A stretch of 64,000 nucleotides of DNA from an uncultured Anaeroplasmataceae bacterium (GCA_948619685.1 CAPGOD010000002.1:1-64000); one strand, 5' to 3'. Shown: positions 47,766-58,321, counted from the stretch's first letter. Numbers and translations: made by a program. The notes: generated from the sequence alone by a model not told the origin.

Positions 47766-48293
47766 TTACAATTTAGAAACCATATCTTTAACCTTCTGTA
47801 TTTCTTCTTTTGTATGCGGAGTACCACCCTCATTCATTTCAATATACCATTGCAGCACATCCTTCTCATACTGTAAATCATTAATCCGTATCGATATTCT
47901 TGTCGTAACTTCTCTTGGATCTCCTTCAAATTCATCATAATATATCCCAAATACCTTCAAATCATTCGATTGAAACTTCATAATTGCTGTAATTCTCTGC
48001 AATCCATCAACACAGACAAAATCATCATATTCTGTCTTTGCCTTACAATGCCAGCTTGGTTTATTGAAAAATATTTCCTTACCGGAAGTACCACCCTTTA
48101 AAACATATTCTATGTACTTCTCCTGTTGTTCTTCTGTCCATACATGTCCACGTTGGAATTCTGGATTCAAAATCAGACCATATTCTTCTATATACTGATT
48201 TATTGTTTTGCTAAAATATTTAAATCCAACATCAACTTTATAGTTTGCCTTATTTGTAAGTAATTGAGGTATATCTGTGAATTTCATATTCAA
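47766..48293 (-). CDS. DUF262/ParB-like nuclease-domain protein (short)
   Basis: EFQRGHVW...VDGLQRITAI (DGQQR-type motif). Confidence 0.6.
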   Translation of the reverse strand: MNMKFTDIPQLLTNKANYKVDVGFKYFSKTINQYIEEYGLILNPEFQRGHVWTEEQQEKYIEYVLKGGTSGKEIFFNKPSWHCKAKTEYDDFVCVDGLQRITAIMKFQSNDLKVFGIYYDEFEGDPREVTTRISIRINDLQYEKDVLQWYIEMNEGGTPHTKEEIQKVKDMVSKL

Positions 48294-48322
48294 TCCTCCG
48301 TTCTAATAAAATCAATCTTTTA

Positions 48323-48508
48323 TCAAATAATTGCTTTTCCATCGCAATTAGTTTTTACTTCTTTTCCTAACCACTCTTCCACCTGTTTATCATGATGGAT
48401 ATAATTGCTACTTCTATATGCAAGTGAAATACATAGTTTTTTAATTTCATCTTCTGTCCCAGTTTTTAGCTTTTCCAAATTAGTCATATGCTTATTCCCC
48501 ATCACCAA
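48323..48508 (-). CDS. hypothetical protein
   Basis: 61-aa ORF. Confidence 0.3.
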   Translation of the reverse strand: MVMGNKHMTNLEKLKTGTEDEIKKLCISLAYRSSNYIHHDKQVEEWLGKEVKTNCDGKAII

Positions 48509-49041
48509 AAGTCTTTAAATGATCTACAAGTTATCTTAGTGTTCTTTGGTCTCACAAATTCATTATCAATATTTTGCTTAATTACACTTTCCAGCCAGTC
48601 GGCACCACCAGCAGTTGTGTAAATCCATTCCCAATCTTTTTCATTGGTATAATCAAATTCTTTCTTCTCTTTTAGCATTTCTACAAACTCATTAAAAAAC
48701 GCTTTTCCGGCCACACTACTATGTTCTGCATTGCCACTTATAAAATGAGCCTTACAAGTATATAATAGCATCACAAATCTATTGTGGATATCACTTTTTT
48801 TATATTTTCCTGGGTGAGTATATCTATCACCAAGCATCAAATCCATTCCCCATGAATACTGATTAATTCTTTTCTGCTTAATCTCCAATTGTTTTTGAGC
48901 AAGTTTCGGAATATAATTTAATAACTCACCAATTGTTTCTACCGTATTTCCGTATTTAACAAGTAACACTTTTACAAATTCTGATGCATTTTCTTTTGAT
49001 AGTTGATCCTTTATAATATTACACTGTTCAATTGATAACAT
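48502..49041 (-). CDS. hypothetical protein
   Basis: 179-aa ORF. Confidence 0.4.
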   Translation of the reverse strand: MLSIEQCNIIKDQLSKENASEFVKVLLVKYGNTVETIGELLNYIPKLAQKQLEIKQKRINQYSWGMDLMLGDRYTHPGKYKKSDIHNRFVMLLYTCKAHFISGNAEHSSVAGKAFFNEFVEMLKEKKEFDYTNEKDWEWIYTTAGGADWLESVIKQNIDNEFVRPKNTKITCRSFKDFW

Positions 49042-49060
49042 ATTAAATCATCCTCCCATA

Positions 49061-50065
49061 TTATATCATACGTTTCTCTGCCATGCCAATCAGTTTATTT
49101 ATTCCATTAAACTTATCTTCACCATTCTGCGCCATGTCCCAGCACCTACTAAGTATTTCTCTGAAATCCTCCCATCTTATTGACAACATTGGACTATTAG
49201 ATATCTCTACTTCAACTCCATCTTTCATTTTTAACATATACTCGGCATAGTCATTATTATAAACATCCTGTTTTCTATCAATTTCATTTATGTAAATCTT
49301 AGTAGTTTCCAAGTCAGAATGTCCCATCATAGTTTGTACAATCATAAGATTGTCAGCATCTTGAGGATGTAGTTTATAAATTGTATTTGCATAAAACTTT
49401 CTAAAACTATGTGTGCTAATTGGATATGTTAATCCAGTCGTTTGAACAGCTTGTTTTAGCATTTTACGAAATGCAGCGTCAGAACTTGAAAAAACTCTTT
49501 CTTTATAATGATCCATAGGTTTTATTCCCACAAGTTCACAATATTCTTCAATGTAATATTTTGCCAGAGCATTTAGTTTTACTCCGACCACTTTCCCTGT
49601 TTTTTCTTCCTTTAAAGTTGTTAGCCTCTCCCTATATAATCCATTTTGTAAAAATAAATCTGACCATTTTAAGGAAATAGTATCCCCAACACGCCTACCA
49701 AGCGAAACCATTAAGCAACTCGTAAACCAATGGTGATACATCTCATTTTCTTTAAAATAGTTTAATATTTTTTCCAAATCCTGATATGTTCTAAATGGTT
49801 CCACTCTTGTTGATTCATTATTAATTTTTGAAATACTCTTCAAGTTAAGAATCAAAATATTATTTTCCTCATCAATTTCACACTCTACCCATATTTGAGA
49901 TTTATAATTGGTAAACTTAATTACATTTTGGGCATTTTCATATTCATCTGATTCAACAATTACAAAATCATAGTTGTGCATATAATTCTCTAATTCTATT
50001 GGAGAAAATACTTCTCCAACTATATCCTTTTTAATTGTATCAATCTTTCTTGCCATATTCAGCAC
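49061..50065 (-). CDS. tyrosine recombinase / phage integrase family
   Basis: C-terminal HSFRKFYANTIY...GHSDLETTKIY (R..HxxR..Y). Confidence 0.8.
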   Translation of the reverse strand: MLNMARKIDTIKKDIVGEVFSPIELENYMHNYDFVIVESDEYENAQNVIKFTNYKSQIWVECEIDEENNILILNLKSISKINNESTRVEPFRTYQDLEKILNYFKENEMYHHWFTSCLMVSLGRRVGDTISLKWSDLFLQNGLYRERLTTLKEEKTGKVVGVKLNALAKYYIEEYCELVGIKPMDHYKERVFSSSDAAFRKMLKQAVQTTGLTYPISTHSFRKFYANTIYKLHPQDADNLMIVQTMMGHSDLETTKIYINEIDRKQDVYNNDYAEYMLKMKDGVEVEISNSPMLSIRWEDFREILSRCWDMAQNGEDKFNGINKLIGMAEKRMI

Positions 50066-50082
50066 ACTCCTTCAATAATATT

Positions 50083-51063
50083 TTAGTTTGCATATTCCCA
50101 TATATATCCATAGGCAGATGAAATTTTTCCATTACAACACTTTGCAATGTTACTACTCGCATATCCATATTTAATAGTAATTTCACTTAATGAACGCCAT
50201 GTTTTTAAATAGTTTCTATTCATATCATATTGCTTAATGTTTCTTTGATTTTTATGTATTTCTATCGGATCAATATCATTTTTATTACCTTTATTATATT
50301 TCCACTGATATCCTCCTGCTGATTTCGCATTATTATTACAACATTTTCCTATATTACCATGATTAATTCCCATTTTCTTCTCTACATCCATTGCACATTC
50401 CCAAGTTCTAATATATTTGCCATCTAAATCGTATTGTATAATACGTTTTGCTCTAAATCTATTTCCTTTAAACCTTTCTCTTGCTAATTCTATACACTTT
50501 TGCGAAGGCTTTCTACCCTTACCAGCTTCACTTATTTTCTTTTTTGTTTCTTCTGACATATTTTGTTTTGCAATACTCATTTTTCTTCTTGCTTCTTTAC
50601 TTCGTATCTTCCCTGTATTGCTTTTTCTAATCTTTTCTATTACATCTGGAGTATGTTTTCTTCCAGTAGACGCAATTGACATTTTCCGCAGTGTTTCTGG
50701 AGAAGGATGTCTATTCTTCTCTGCAATTCTATCTGTTACTTCTTGTCTTCTTTTCCGATTGTTACCACCTGCAATCATGTTATAACCAATTTTATTATTC
50801 ATCGTATTATATTTTCTAATCAGTTCTTCTTCAATAATATTTGCTAATTCAAGCGATAAGCCGCTTATTAATGTTATATGTTTAAAATTATCCCAACCAT
50901 ATTTTTGTATTGCATTCCAAAAATGACTTGAATGCTTGTAATATGATCCATTGTACCCAAATCGTTCTTTCAGTTTTTGTTGTGTTTGACCTATATAAAC
51001 TTTTCCATTTATTTTATTGATATGTGCATAAATCTTGTAGTTCCCTTTACATTCTTTTAATAT
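50083..51063 (-). CDS. GIY-YIG homing endonuclease with NUMOD3 repeats and C-terminal NUMOD1/IENR-like tail
   Basis: Upstream, in frame, is the GIY-YIG core KIYAHINKINGKVYIGQT...R...HSSHFWNAIQKYGW. Then come NUMOD3-like SPETLRKMS, TPDVIEKIR and SEETKKKIS, then SAYGYIWEYAN. The nucleotides are AGGTGGAG-AAATAAG-ATA, with no in-frame ATG. Confidence 0.65.
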   Translation of the reverse strand: MLKECKGNYKIYAHINKINGKVYIGQTQQKLKERFGYNGSYYKHSSHFWNAIQKYGWDNFKHITLISGLSLELANIIEEELIRKYNTMNNKIGYNMIAGGNNRKRRQEVTDRIAEKNRHPSPETLRKMSIASTGRKHTPDVIEKIRKSNTGKIRSKEARRKMSIAKQNMSEETKKKISEAGKGRKPSQKCIELARERFKGNRFRAKRIIQYDLDGKYIRTWECAMDVEKKMGINHGNIGKCCNNNAKSAGGYQWKYNKGNKNDIDPIEIHKNQRNIKQYDMNRNYLKTWRSLSEITIKYGYASSNIAKCCNGKISSAYGYIWEYAN

Positions 51064-51280
51064 CTTATTTCTCCACCTTTCGTTTTAAAATATATACTCT
51101 ATATCCTTCCTATGCGACTTGTAACGCATCATCTGCACGTTATATATTTCTACTTTTCTTTTATCTGCTCTACCGTTCCGCAACAAGTGCCTTATGTTTC
51201 CATCCGATAAACCAGATAATCAAAAGAACTCTAAGCAACTTTTGACTTGCCGCAAGACATCTAATATTCCTTACAAGTAT

Positions 51281-51306
51281 ATATTATCACTTTTAAGTGA
51301 TAATAT
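51281..51306. promoter_or_regulatory. inverted-repeat operator (10-bp arms ATATTATCAC / GTGATAATAT, 6-bp spacer)
   Basis: Second degenerate copy ATATTATAAGTGATAAT at 51631-51647 upstream of the XRE gene. Confidence 0.4.
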
Positions 51307-51389
51307 CAATAGAAATATCACCTATTTTTAATAATTTATCATTGCATAATGATATTGTGCAATCTAAGAAAAGCACCCAACACTTTCCG

Positions 51390-51602
51390 TTAGATGCTTT
51401 TCCCAGTATCATTTAAAACAAAATTTCCTTCAAAAGTTGCATTTAATATTTCTGCTATCTGGATTAATTCTTTTTCAGAAAAATTATCACGTTTTAATTT
51501 ATTTGCAAGGTTGCTTTGTGATGTTCCTAATTTTTCTGCAAGTTGCATCTGTGTAACTTCTCTTTCCAGCATGAGCATTTTTATTTTCTTGCTCATTGAC
51601 AA
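51390..51602 (-). CDS. XRE-family HTH repressor
   Basis: VTQMQLAEKLGTSQSNLANKLKRDNFS. Confidence 0.65.
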   Translation of the reverse strand: MSMSKKIKMLMLEREVTQMQLAEKLGTSQSNLANKLKRDNFSEKELIQIAEILNATFEGNFVLNDTGKSI

Positions 51603-51783
51603 ACTATATCACCTTCCTTCCACTTCATATATTATAAGTGATAATTTATTATTTTTCAATGATAAAATTACCAATGCCACATGTTTTTCATCTTAAAATA
51701 ATCAATCATATTTTTAATATCTTCCATATACCAGAATGGATATACTTCTGTTTTCCCTGTTTGCTTTGTTTTATTTCCCATAA

Positions 51784-52062
51784 TTATTCCTCCATCTCTC
51801 CAAACTCTGCAATCGCCATTGCAATAACTTTCGCTACTCTTTTACCTTTCAACACTCTTGACAATGACTCTGTATTCCAGAATGTATCACAGAATTGCCC
51901 AAGTTCACCACCCACTCCCCAATTAGGGATACTAAAGAATCCACCATTGATATATCTTCCAAATATAACACTGTAAGAATTACCGTTATATTCAACAATA
52001 ATATGGTGAACATTATTTATATTGTCATCCCAAATATAAACAATTTCATAATCCATAAACAT
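51784..52062 (-). CDS. hypothetical protein
   Basis: 92-aa ORF. Confidence 0.4.
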   Translation of the reverse strand: MFMDYEIVYIWDDNINNVHHIIVEYNGNSYSVIFGRYINGGFFSIPNWGVGGELGQFCDTFWNTESLSRVLKGKRVAKVIAMAIAEFGEMEE

Positions 52063-52076
52063 ACCTCCGATTTTTA

Positions 52077-52385
52077 TTACAAATGACTTATTAACTCAAT
52101 TTCCATCCTAGCTCCGTTATCCATTGGAATATCAACAAATTTTCCATACGATGCTATATCATATTTATCATCGCCATACCACATACTATAATCAAGCGCA
52201 ATTCCATATCCTCTACGTTCAGGCTCATATAAAATAATTCCCTTATATTTCCCATATCGCACCTTATCGCCCACAACTAGGAAATTTCCATCCTTATCCA
52301 TCAACCCTAAAATGGTTCCAATTCTTCCTTCTGGTGTCCCATTCAGTCTCTTTGACTTTCTATAGTTTTTGAGTATTTTCCTCAC
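52077..52385 (-). CDS. hypothetical protein
   Basis: 102-aa ORF. Confidence 0.4.
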   Translation of the reverse strand: MRKILKNYRKSKRLNGTPEGRIGTILGLMDKDGNFLVVGDKVRYGKYKGIILYEPERRGYGIALDYSMWYGDDKYDIASYGKFVDIPMDNGARMEIELISHL

Positions 52386-52427
52386 TGTTTTCCTCCCATA
52401 AGCTAAAACGATGATTTCATTGCCATA

Positions 52428-52736
52428 TTACCAATAGTTTGATGGATGATTGCTTATCTCGTTCATAAATCTTGCACATTCCATATATTCACCCATCCTT
52501 CCATGTGTGGATTCATTCATAAAAGAATATAACCATCCAATCCTTGCAAGTGCCATTTCTCTATCATACTTTCTTTTCTCTGCCTTTGCTTTTCTGTATT
52601 CCTCTAACCGCTGCTTCTGTTCGTCCGTCAAAGAATTGTACCAATCATTATATAATTTTCTTCTGTAAAGCCGTATCATATCAATTCCGTTGATACAATA
52701 CCACTTTCTACGCTTTAATTCCGCACACCAAGCCAT
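52428..52736 (-). CDS. hypothetical protein
   Basis: 102-aa ORF. Confidence 0.4.
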   Translation of the reverse strand: MAWCAELKRRKWYCINGIDMIRLYRRKLYNDWYNSLTDEQKQRLEEYRKAKAEKRKYDREMALARIGWLYSFMNESTHGRMGEYMECARFMNEISNHPSNYW

Positions 52737-52739
52737 AAA

Positions 52740-53009
52740 TCAAGCACCTTTTTTCAATTCACGATGATTTCTATTTAAGAAAGAATAAGGAACATCACTA
52801 GCATCTCCCTTCTCCGCATGCATCTGTGTTCCATCGTCTTTCAAGATCCAATGATGTACTGACACTTCTAATACATCTTCATCCTCTAAAAGTAACATGG
52901 CTTCTTTGATAGCATCATTAGATTCATAATATGTATTGATATAATCAAAACATACATCTTTGCCTTTCACATTTATCAAACTCTTTACATCCAACAACCA
53001 AAAATCCAT
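52740..53009 (-). CDS. hypothetical protein
   Basis: 89-aa ORF. Confidence 0.4.
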   Translation of the reverse strand: MDFWLLDVKSLINVKGKDVCFDYINTYYESNDAIKEAMLLLEDEDVLEVSVHHWILKDDGTQMHAEKGDASDVPYSFLNRNHRELKKGA

Positions 53010-53114
53010 ACCAAACCTCCACTCTTTTTATAAAACTGCTTCTTTGACTATGAGAAAGCATAGACTCATTTCCATCACATATACAGCGTGGAATAAGTGC
53101 CGTCATTCAACATT

Positions 53115-54161
53115 TCAGCTCGCTTTTGGAAAATTTTTTATGACCGAAAAATACTTATCATAGTCCTTCCGAATCGCTTCAAGCCGTGCTTTGATAGCAG
53201 AATTCTTTCCTGTCCCCCGACCAGCAGCCTCATTATAAGACTTTGAAATTGTAGGTGATTTCTTGCCACAGAAGAAATTCACAAACCACTCCATCATCTG
53301 TTTGTCTGTATGCCCATCATCCAACGATTCTGCAATGATAGGAACAATAGTAATCATATGTGTTCTCCCATAAACCCTTTTTGCAATCTTACTGTCTTCA
53401 ATCATTGAATGAATATTATAAATACGGTCAAATATCTTATTCAGCAAATCTTCGTCATCTTCTGTAATATCAGCAGCATTCATATATGGGCGAATCCATT
53501 TCGCATCTGTCGAAACTTCCTTGTCATTCAGGATAGCATGGGCCTTTGCCACCATATCGTCATTTACATGTCCTTCTAAAGCAGTTTTGCTCAAAGCATC
53601 TGTAAACAGTTTATGCTTTCCCAATCTGATAATCTGCTTCTTAGATTTTGCCTTGACACGATTCATTGTGGCTGCTGCCAGAGACTGTCCATTGTTCAAA
53701 GCATAGAACATATCAGCCTCTTGACTCTGATCCGCATTTTCCGTATAGCATATCATAAAGTTATAATCTTTGATTGCATTCTGGAATATTTCTGGAAGCT
53801 GACTGAATTTAAGTCCATTTATGTCAACCTCTTCTGCATCCCCTTCATCATTTTCTACAGTAAAAATATCCAAGTCACTCAAAGCAAACTCATCATTCAT
53901 ATATTTCATGAGAGTCATTGCCCTTTGCTTCCCATCCACACCGCCATACTTATCATCAATTTTGTTGAAATATAATGCGGGAACCGAATTGTCTAAAATC
54001 AGTGTACGGATAAATTCTGATCTTCTATCATTCTTCTTCCATACATATCCTCTTTGGATATCAATGTTGAAATCAACTGTCCCATCTTCCATATATTCGA
54101 CAAGTTGGCGTGCCGTCCAATGAGTCTCCGCTCTACTTGCGCCTTTAATTATTTTCATCAC
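53115..54161 (-). CDS. DUF262/ParB-like nuclease-domain protein
   Basis: FNIDIQRGYVW...YGGVDGKQRAMTLMKYMNDEF. Confidence 0.6.
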   Translation of the reverse strand: MMKIIKGASRAETHWTARQLVEYMEDGTVDFNIDIQRGYVWKKNDRRSEFIRTLILDNSVPALYFNKIDDKYGGVDGKQRAMTLMKYMNDEFALSDLDIFTVENDEGDAEEVDINGLKFSQLPEIFQNAIKDYNFMICYTENADQSQEADMFYALNNGQSLAAATMNRVKAKSKKQIIRLGKHKLFTDALSKTALEGHVNDDMVAKAHAILNDKEVSTDAKWIRPYMNAADITEDDEDLLNKIFDRIYNIHSMIEDSKIAKRVYGRTHMITIVPIIAESLDDGHTDKQMMEWFVNFFCGKKSPTISKSYNEAAGRGTGKNSAIKARLEAIRKDYDKYFSVIKNFPKAS

Positions 54162-54169
54162 TGTTCTCC

Positions 54170-54397
54170 CTAATCCTTACTTTTTGACATAGCAGCAGCA
54201 TAACCACTTGCGTATGCATGGCGAAATATCCACTTTTCAAATGCATCCAGATAGTCCCGAAAGCAAGTCTCCATTCTTTCATGGTTTTCTATAATTTCGT
54301 CATCCGCCCGTGGTAAACTAGCAACAAATCTTTCATGTGCATCATTAAATTCTGTTTCGTTTGTAAATACTTTTACGATTGCTGCATCATCTTTCAT
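54170..54397 (-). CDS. hypothetical protein
   Basis: 75-aa ORF. Confidence 0.35.
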   Translation of the reverse strand: MKDDAAIVKVFTNETEFNDAHERFVASLPRADDEIIENHERMETCFRDYLDAFEKWIFRHAYASGYAAAMSKSKD

Positions 54398-54427
54398 TGC
54401 ATTTTCTCCAATCTTCTAAGAATCACT

Positions 54428-55453
54428 TTATTTCGAAGCCTCAAAATATTTCGACTTTTCAAATCCAAGATTATCAACAACCATATCCGCCAGATATAAA
54501 GCAACTGTCTGCCTCTCATTTCTTTCTGGATATTTACTACGAGATTTAGCAATCAGCAGTTTAGGGTCTATCCCTCTTAGTGCTTTGCTATAATATGTAT
54601 GCATCTGCTTATGTTTATCTGAAGTCGGATATGCGCACCATACATCTTTAATCCCTTTCATGATGGCTTTACTGTATCCATTCGTTTCAGTCTTCCACCC
54701 AGCATTGTCGATAATAGAAAAGATAAACTCAAGACAGACATTGCCATTCCTTTTTGCTATTCCATATGCTGTTTCATAACTGCCAAGAACAGCTTGTTCC
54801 CTCTGTCCAGGAGACGCCACATATGACACATTATACTTGTCCAACATCTTCTGAAGGCTGATTGCCGCAGAATCTCCAATCAGGAGCCTAGCATTATACA
54901 TCTGGATAGGTGTGACCCTTTCTACCTCTTCGTTCTGGCTCACAAATAGTTCAGCCTCGAATTTTTGCCGTTTACTAGAGTCTTTTGGCGCGTTCGTAAG
55001 GACGATTGCATCCAAGGCCTTATATGAAGTACGCAACATTGTTGTTGCCACTGTATAACGATGGTATCCATCCACAATATAAAAGCAATATTCTTCTGGA
55101 TGGGCCACTACAATCATGGGCATCAATTTATCTTCTCTCCAGTGATTTGCCAACCGTTTAAGCCTTGTCGGTGTACTTGTCGTAATTCTTTGATATGCCA
55201 AATCCACTTTGAGCAATTCGACAGGAATTGCTGCTACATATTTTCCACTTCCCTTTTTACCACATTCCTTCATATTTACATATGTGGTTTCAAACAGGAT
55301 CTTCTGGGAATCAGATACTTCTGATTTCACACTGGGATTCTCTGCCTTTATATTCCCCATCAATATAAAGGTATCAGTTGTTTTCTTCTGTGACTTTGTA
55401 GTTTTGTTTGTTGCACTCATAATCATCTTCTCCTTTTTATTTGTTTCCATCAC
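54428..55453 (-). CDS. ParB N-terminal (ParB/Srx) nuclease-like domain protein
   Basis: LAYQR...YIVDGYHRYTVA (DGHHR-type motif). Confidence 0.6.
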   Translation of the reverse strand: MMETNKKEKMIMSATNKTTKSQKKTTDTFILMGNIKAENPSVKSEVSDSQKILFETTYVNMKECGKKGSGKYVAAIPVELLKVDLAYQRITTSTPTRLKRLANHWREDKLMPMIVVAHPEEYCFYIVDGYHRYTVATTMLRTSYKALDAIVLTNAPKDSSKRQKFEAELFVSQNEEVERVTPIQMYNARLLIGDSAAISLQKMLDKYNVSYVASPGQREQAVLGSYETAYGIAKRNGNVCLEFIFSIIDNAGWKTETNGYSKAIMKGIKDVWCAYPTSDKHKQMHTYYSKALRGIDPKLLIAKSRSKYPERNERQTVALYLADMVVDNLGFEKSKYFEASK

Positions 55454-55628
55454 GCTTCTTCCTCACGGCTTTGGACGTGCATCGGCAGGTTAAAACAATC
55501 TTTTGTATAATAAAAAGCACTTGGATGTTATCTCCAAATGCTTTCATCATCAATCTCTTTTCATAACTTAAATTGAATAAGTCTTACAAAATTATCTGTA
55601 AATACCAAGACAATAAATTCTTCCCACT

Positions 55629-55853
55629 TTATATTACTATCCTATTTTTCTTAATATAAGACCAATTCACTTGACTTCTTCCTGAAGGATTTCTAAAAGG
55701 AGTAATATATTTACAATGCAAATACTTATTATATTCTCTTGCAACTAATATAGCTTCTTCTTCTGATGTACAAGCACATACTTGTGGACAATTTGAATCA
55801 TAAACTGGTTCTTCACGGCTATTTGTAGAAAACGCTACACCATATCTATCCAT
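55629..55853 (-). CDS. hypothetical protein
   Basis: 74-aa ORF. Confidence 0.35.
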   Translation of the reverse strand: MDRYGVAFSTNSREEPVYDSNCPQVCACTSEEEAILVAREYNKYLHCKYITPFRNPSGRSQVNWSYIKKNRIVI

Positions 55854-56109
55854 TATTTATCCTTTCAAATTTATCATCTATTATCATATGTCCTTCATCA
55901 TTCCATGCATTTAGTACAATACTCTTATCCTTTTCGGATGTAAGTTCATACCAATGACAGTGATGTTCCTCTGGGTAATCATCTTTATCAGTAACTATAT
56001 ATCAATCTTACGAATGATTAGTCATCTCCAGACACCGTGTATCAACAGCAGTTTTACATACAAGGATATCTCCTATATTATATAACATTTCTACACGCTC
56101 CTCAATTAT

Positions 56110-56463
56110 CTAATTCATTTTATATGTTGTTCCTTCTTTATCCATTGTAAATGTTATTTTTCCATCATTTACATCATTTTGAAATTTTGCAACTAAGTTG
56201 GTAGAGATTTTCTTTTTACCATAATAATCTAGTATATCCGCCTTCATACTAAAAGTTTTCGTACAGTATGAATTAGTTAAAGTAACCCATACTTTTACCT
56301 TTTTAATCAAAACCCAATAGCCATTACGTTCTTCTTTCACAGAATAGCCCTTTTTTAAATACTTCTCAATTTTATCTCTTTTGCCTTGCACCTCAATAGT
56401 ATCAGATGGCTCATATTCTACCACTATTTTAGTTACTTTTTCCATAAAAATTCTACCTCCCAT
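56110..56463 (-). CDS. hypothetical protein
   Basis: 117-aa ORF. Confidence 0.4.
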   Translation of the reverse strand: MGGRIFMEKVTKIVVEYEPSDTIEVQGKRDKIEKYLKKGYSVKEERNGYWVLIKKVKVWVTLTNSYCTKTFSMKADILDYYGKKKISTNLVAKFQNDVNDGKITFTMDKEGTTYKMN

Positions 56464-56486
56464 TAAACAATCATTTTAAGCCATTT

Positions 56487-56747
56487 TCAAAAATTGTATC
56501 CATAGCATTTAGTAATATAATCACATGCAACTTTACGTTCTTTTACATTTAGTCTCTTTTCTCTTTCTGCCGAATCCAATACGCCAAGCACAATCTGTAC
56601 AATAATATGCATAGGCGCATCGTAGCAATCACCTAAAGCGTAATCTAATTCTTCTTCAATTCTATTAATGTTTTCCTGATTAACCATTAAATTTGTCATA
56701 TATTTTTCCTCTCTTTCACCCAATGAAATAATCCTTTCATTCTCCAA
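56487..56747 (-). CDS. hypothetical protein
   Basis: 86-aa ORF. Confidence 0.4.
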   Translation of the reverse strand: MENERIISLGEREEKYMTNLMVNQENINRIEEELDYALGDCYDAPMHIIVQIVLGVLDSAEREKRLNVKERKVACDYITKCYGYNF

Positions 56748-56958
56748 ACACCATAGAATCTATTTCCTGTTGTAACCATGACCTTTCATAGCTTTCAGCC
56801 TGTTCTCTTGTATCAAACAGATTTCCATCTGTTGTTTCATAATCTGTTACTTCGTGGAATCCTATTGTATGTGAATATGAATTGTATGTGCGAGAATTAA
56901 CATTGATTAGCGCCATCTCGTCTATAGTCAAACTCTTTATTTTTTCAAAATTAGTCAT
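56737..56958 (-). CDS. hypothetical protein
   Basis: 73-aa ORF. Confidence 0.35.
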   Translation of the reverse strand: MTNFEKIKSLTIDEMALINVNSRTYNSYSHTIGFHEVTDYETTDGNLFDTREQAESYERSWLQQEIDSMVFGE

Positions 56959-56989
56959 CTGCTCCTTTTTTCTCCTTTAATGAAACCAT

Positions 56990-57238
56990 TCAACTTCTTT
57001 CTTCATTTTCTAACATATTTAAATTTTCCATGATTGCAGACAAATCAATTACTCCATTGGATTCCCAATTATTTTTTACTTCTGAAAATTCTTCATCTGG
57101 TATCTCCAAATCATCAGCATTCATTTTTTCTAATTGTTTTTTGTACCAGTCTAAAACAATATTATCATGTTTACTAGCCTGTATCAATAATTTATTATTT
57201 GCTTCTATATGTCTTTTGATATATTGTGGCACATTCAT
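56990..57238 (-). CDS. hypothetical protein
   Basis: 82-aa ORF. Confidence 0.4.
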   Translation of the reverse strand: MNVPQYIKRHIEANNKLLIQASKHDNIVLDWYKKQLEKMNADDLEIPDEEFSEVKNNWESNGVIDLSAIMENLNMLENEERS

Positions 57239-57606
57239 TTTTTATCCCTCCATTTAACCAATGGGAATCCTTTAATGTAATAAATCCAATATAGTTTATA
57301 TCTCAAATTTCAAGAGATATTTTCTAGCTTATATTCATCTTCCTGAGTAAATCTATTTCTATCAATTTTAGTTTTCCATTTTTCTTAATGATTTCTTCCA
57401 TAAACCTTATGCCATTCCTCTTGACTCATTACATGAGCAGCACTTCCAGTCCTAACTGTTACCATCGGATTTCCATCGCAACAAAATTCAGAAATCACTT
57501 TGAATTCCTCAATCATATATATTCATCCTCCACTATTATATCATTTTCCCACTATAAAAGCCACCAGAATATTTCCAGTGGCTTTATCTCTCCTCTATAT
57601 CTAATT

Positions 57607-57834
57607 TTACTTCTTGGGAACGTCATATCCTCCCTTATTTGCTTTTATTATCACATCAGTCCTTGATTTTCCGGAGGCCAAATCGCGATTTATTGCAGAG
57701 TGGTCTGTTTCATACCCATCTCTTGGCATCCTATTATCAAATGTCCAATCAGTTCGATATTTACAGTAGCACCATACACCAAATAATACCATAAGGCCGA
57801 CAAACAGTTTCATACCAGTCACCCTCTCTTTCAA
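57607..57834 (-). CDS. small membrane protein
   Basis: 75 aa with N-terminal TM helix; hairpin AAAGCCAC...GTGGCTTT just downstream. Confidence 0.4.
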   Translation of the reverse strand: MKERVTGMKLFVGLMVLFGVWCYCKYRTDWTFDNRMPRDGYETDHSAINRDLASGKSRTDVIIKANKGGYDVPKK

Positions 57835-57878
57835 AAAATTTATTATGTTATATATACAATAACACTTTTTAAGTCCAA

Positions 57879-58166
57879 TTAAAAGGACTTTTCAACATTT
57901 TCCCTCTTTTCTTCCCACATGGTTCTAAATCTTTCACTCGCTGCAGCCCTCTGCTCTTCGGACATTTGTTTAGGTGGACTTATTTTTACATAGCTCACAG
58001 GTATATGTGCAAAAATAGATCCGTCCTTATTCTCCGCCAGAATTTGTACATCACTTGGATGTTTCTCTGCTAATTTATATAGTTTTGATTTTAACGCAGA
58101 CCCAGATGGTGCTGTGACACTAGCATATTCAGCACCTCTAATCCAATCTATTGCAAATTCATTCAT
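57879..58166 (-). CDS. hypothetical protein
   Basis: 95-aa ORF. Confidence 0.4.
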   Translation of the reverse strand: MNEFAIDWIRGAEYASVTAPSGSALKSKLYKLAEKHPSDVQILAENKDGSIFAHIPVSYVKISPPKQMSEEQRAAASERFRTMWEEKRENVEKSF

Positions 58167-58174
58167 TTTATTTT

Positions 58175-58321
58175 CCGCTCCTTTCAGTCGCTCACCGACA
58201 AGTCACGGCAAGGGCTTACGCCCTCGCCTGTTCCCTGGCTAACCCTCCATGTTCCGCAAGATACAAAGATTTAAGAAACTCTTTCGCTACGCTCAAGATT
58301 GAAGGATGAAAAACGGACGCA
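58175..58321 (-). repeat. GC-rich conserved 3' element downstream of DGR target stop codon (copy 2)
   Basis: >95% identical to 29184-29326. Confidence 0.55.
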
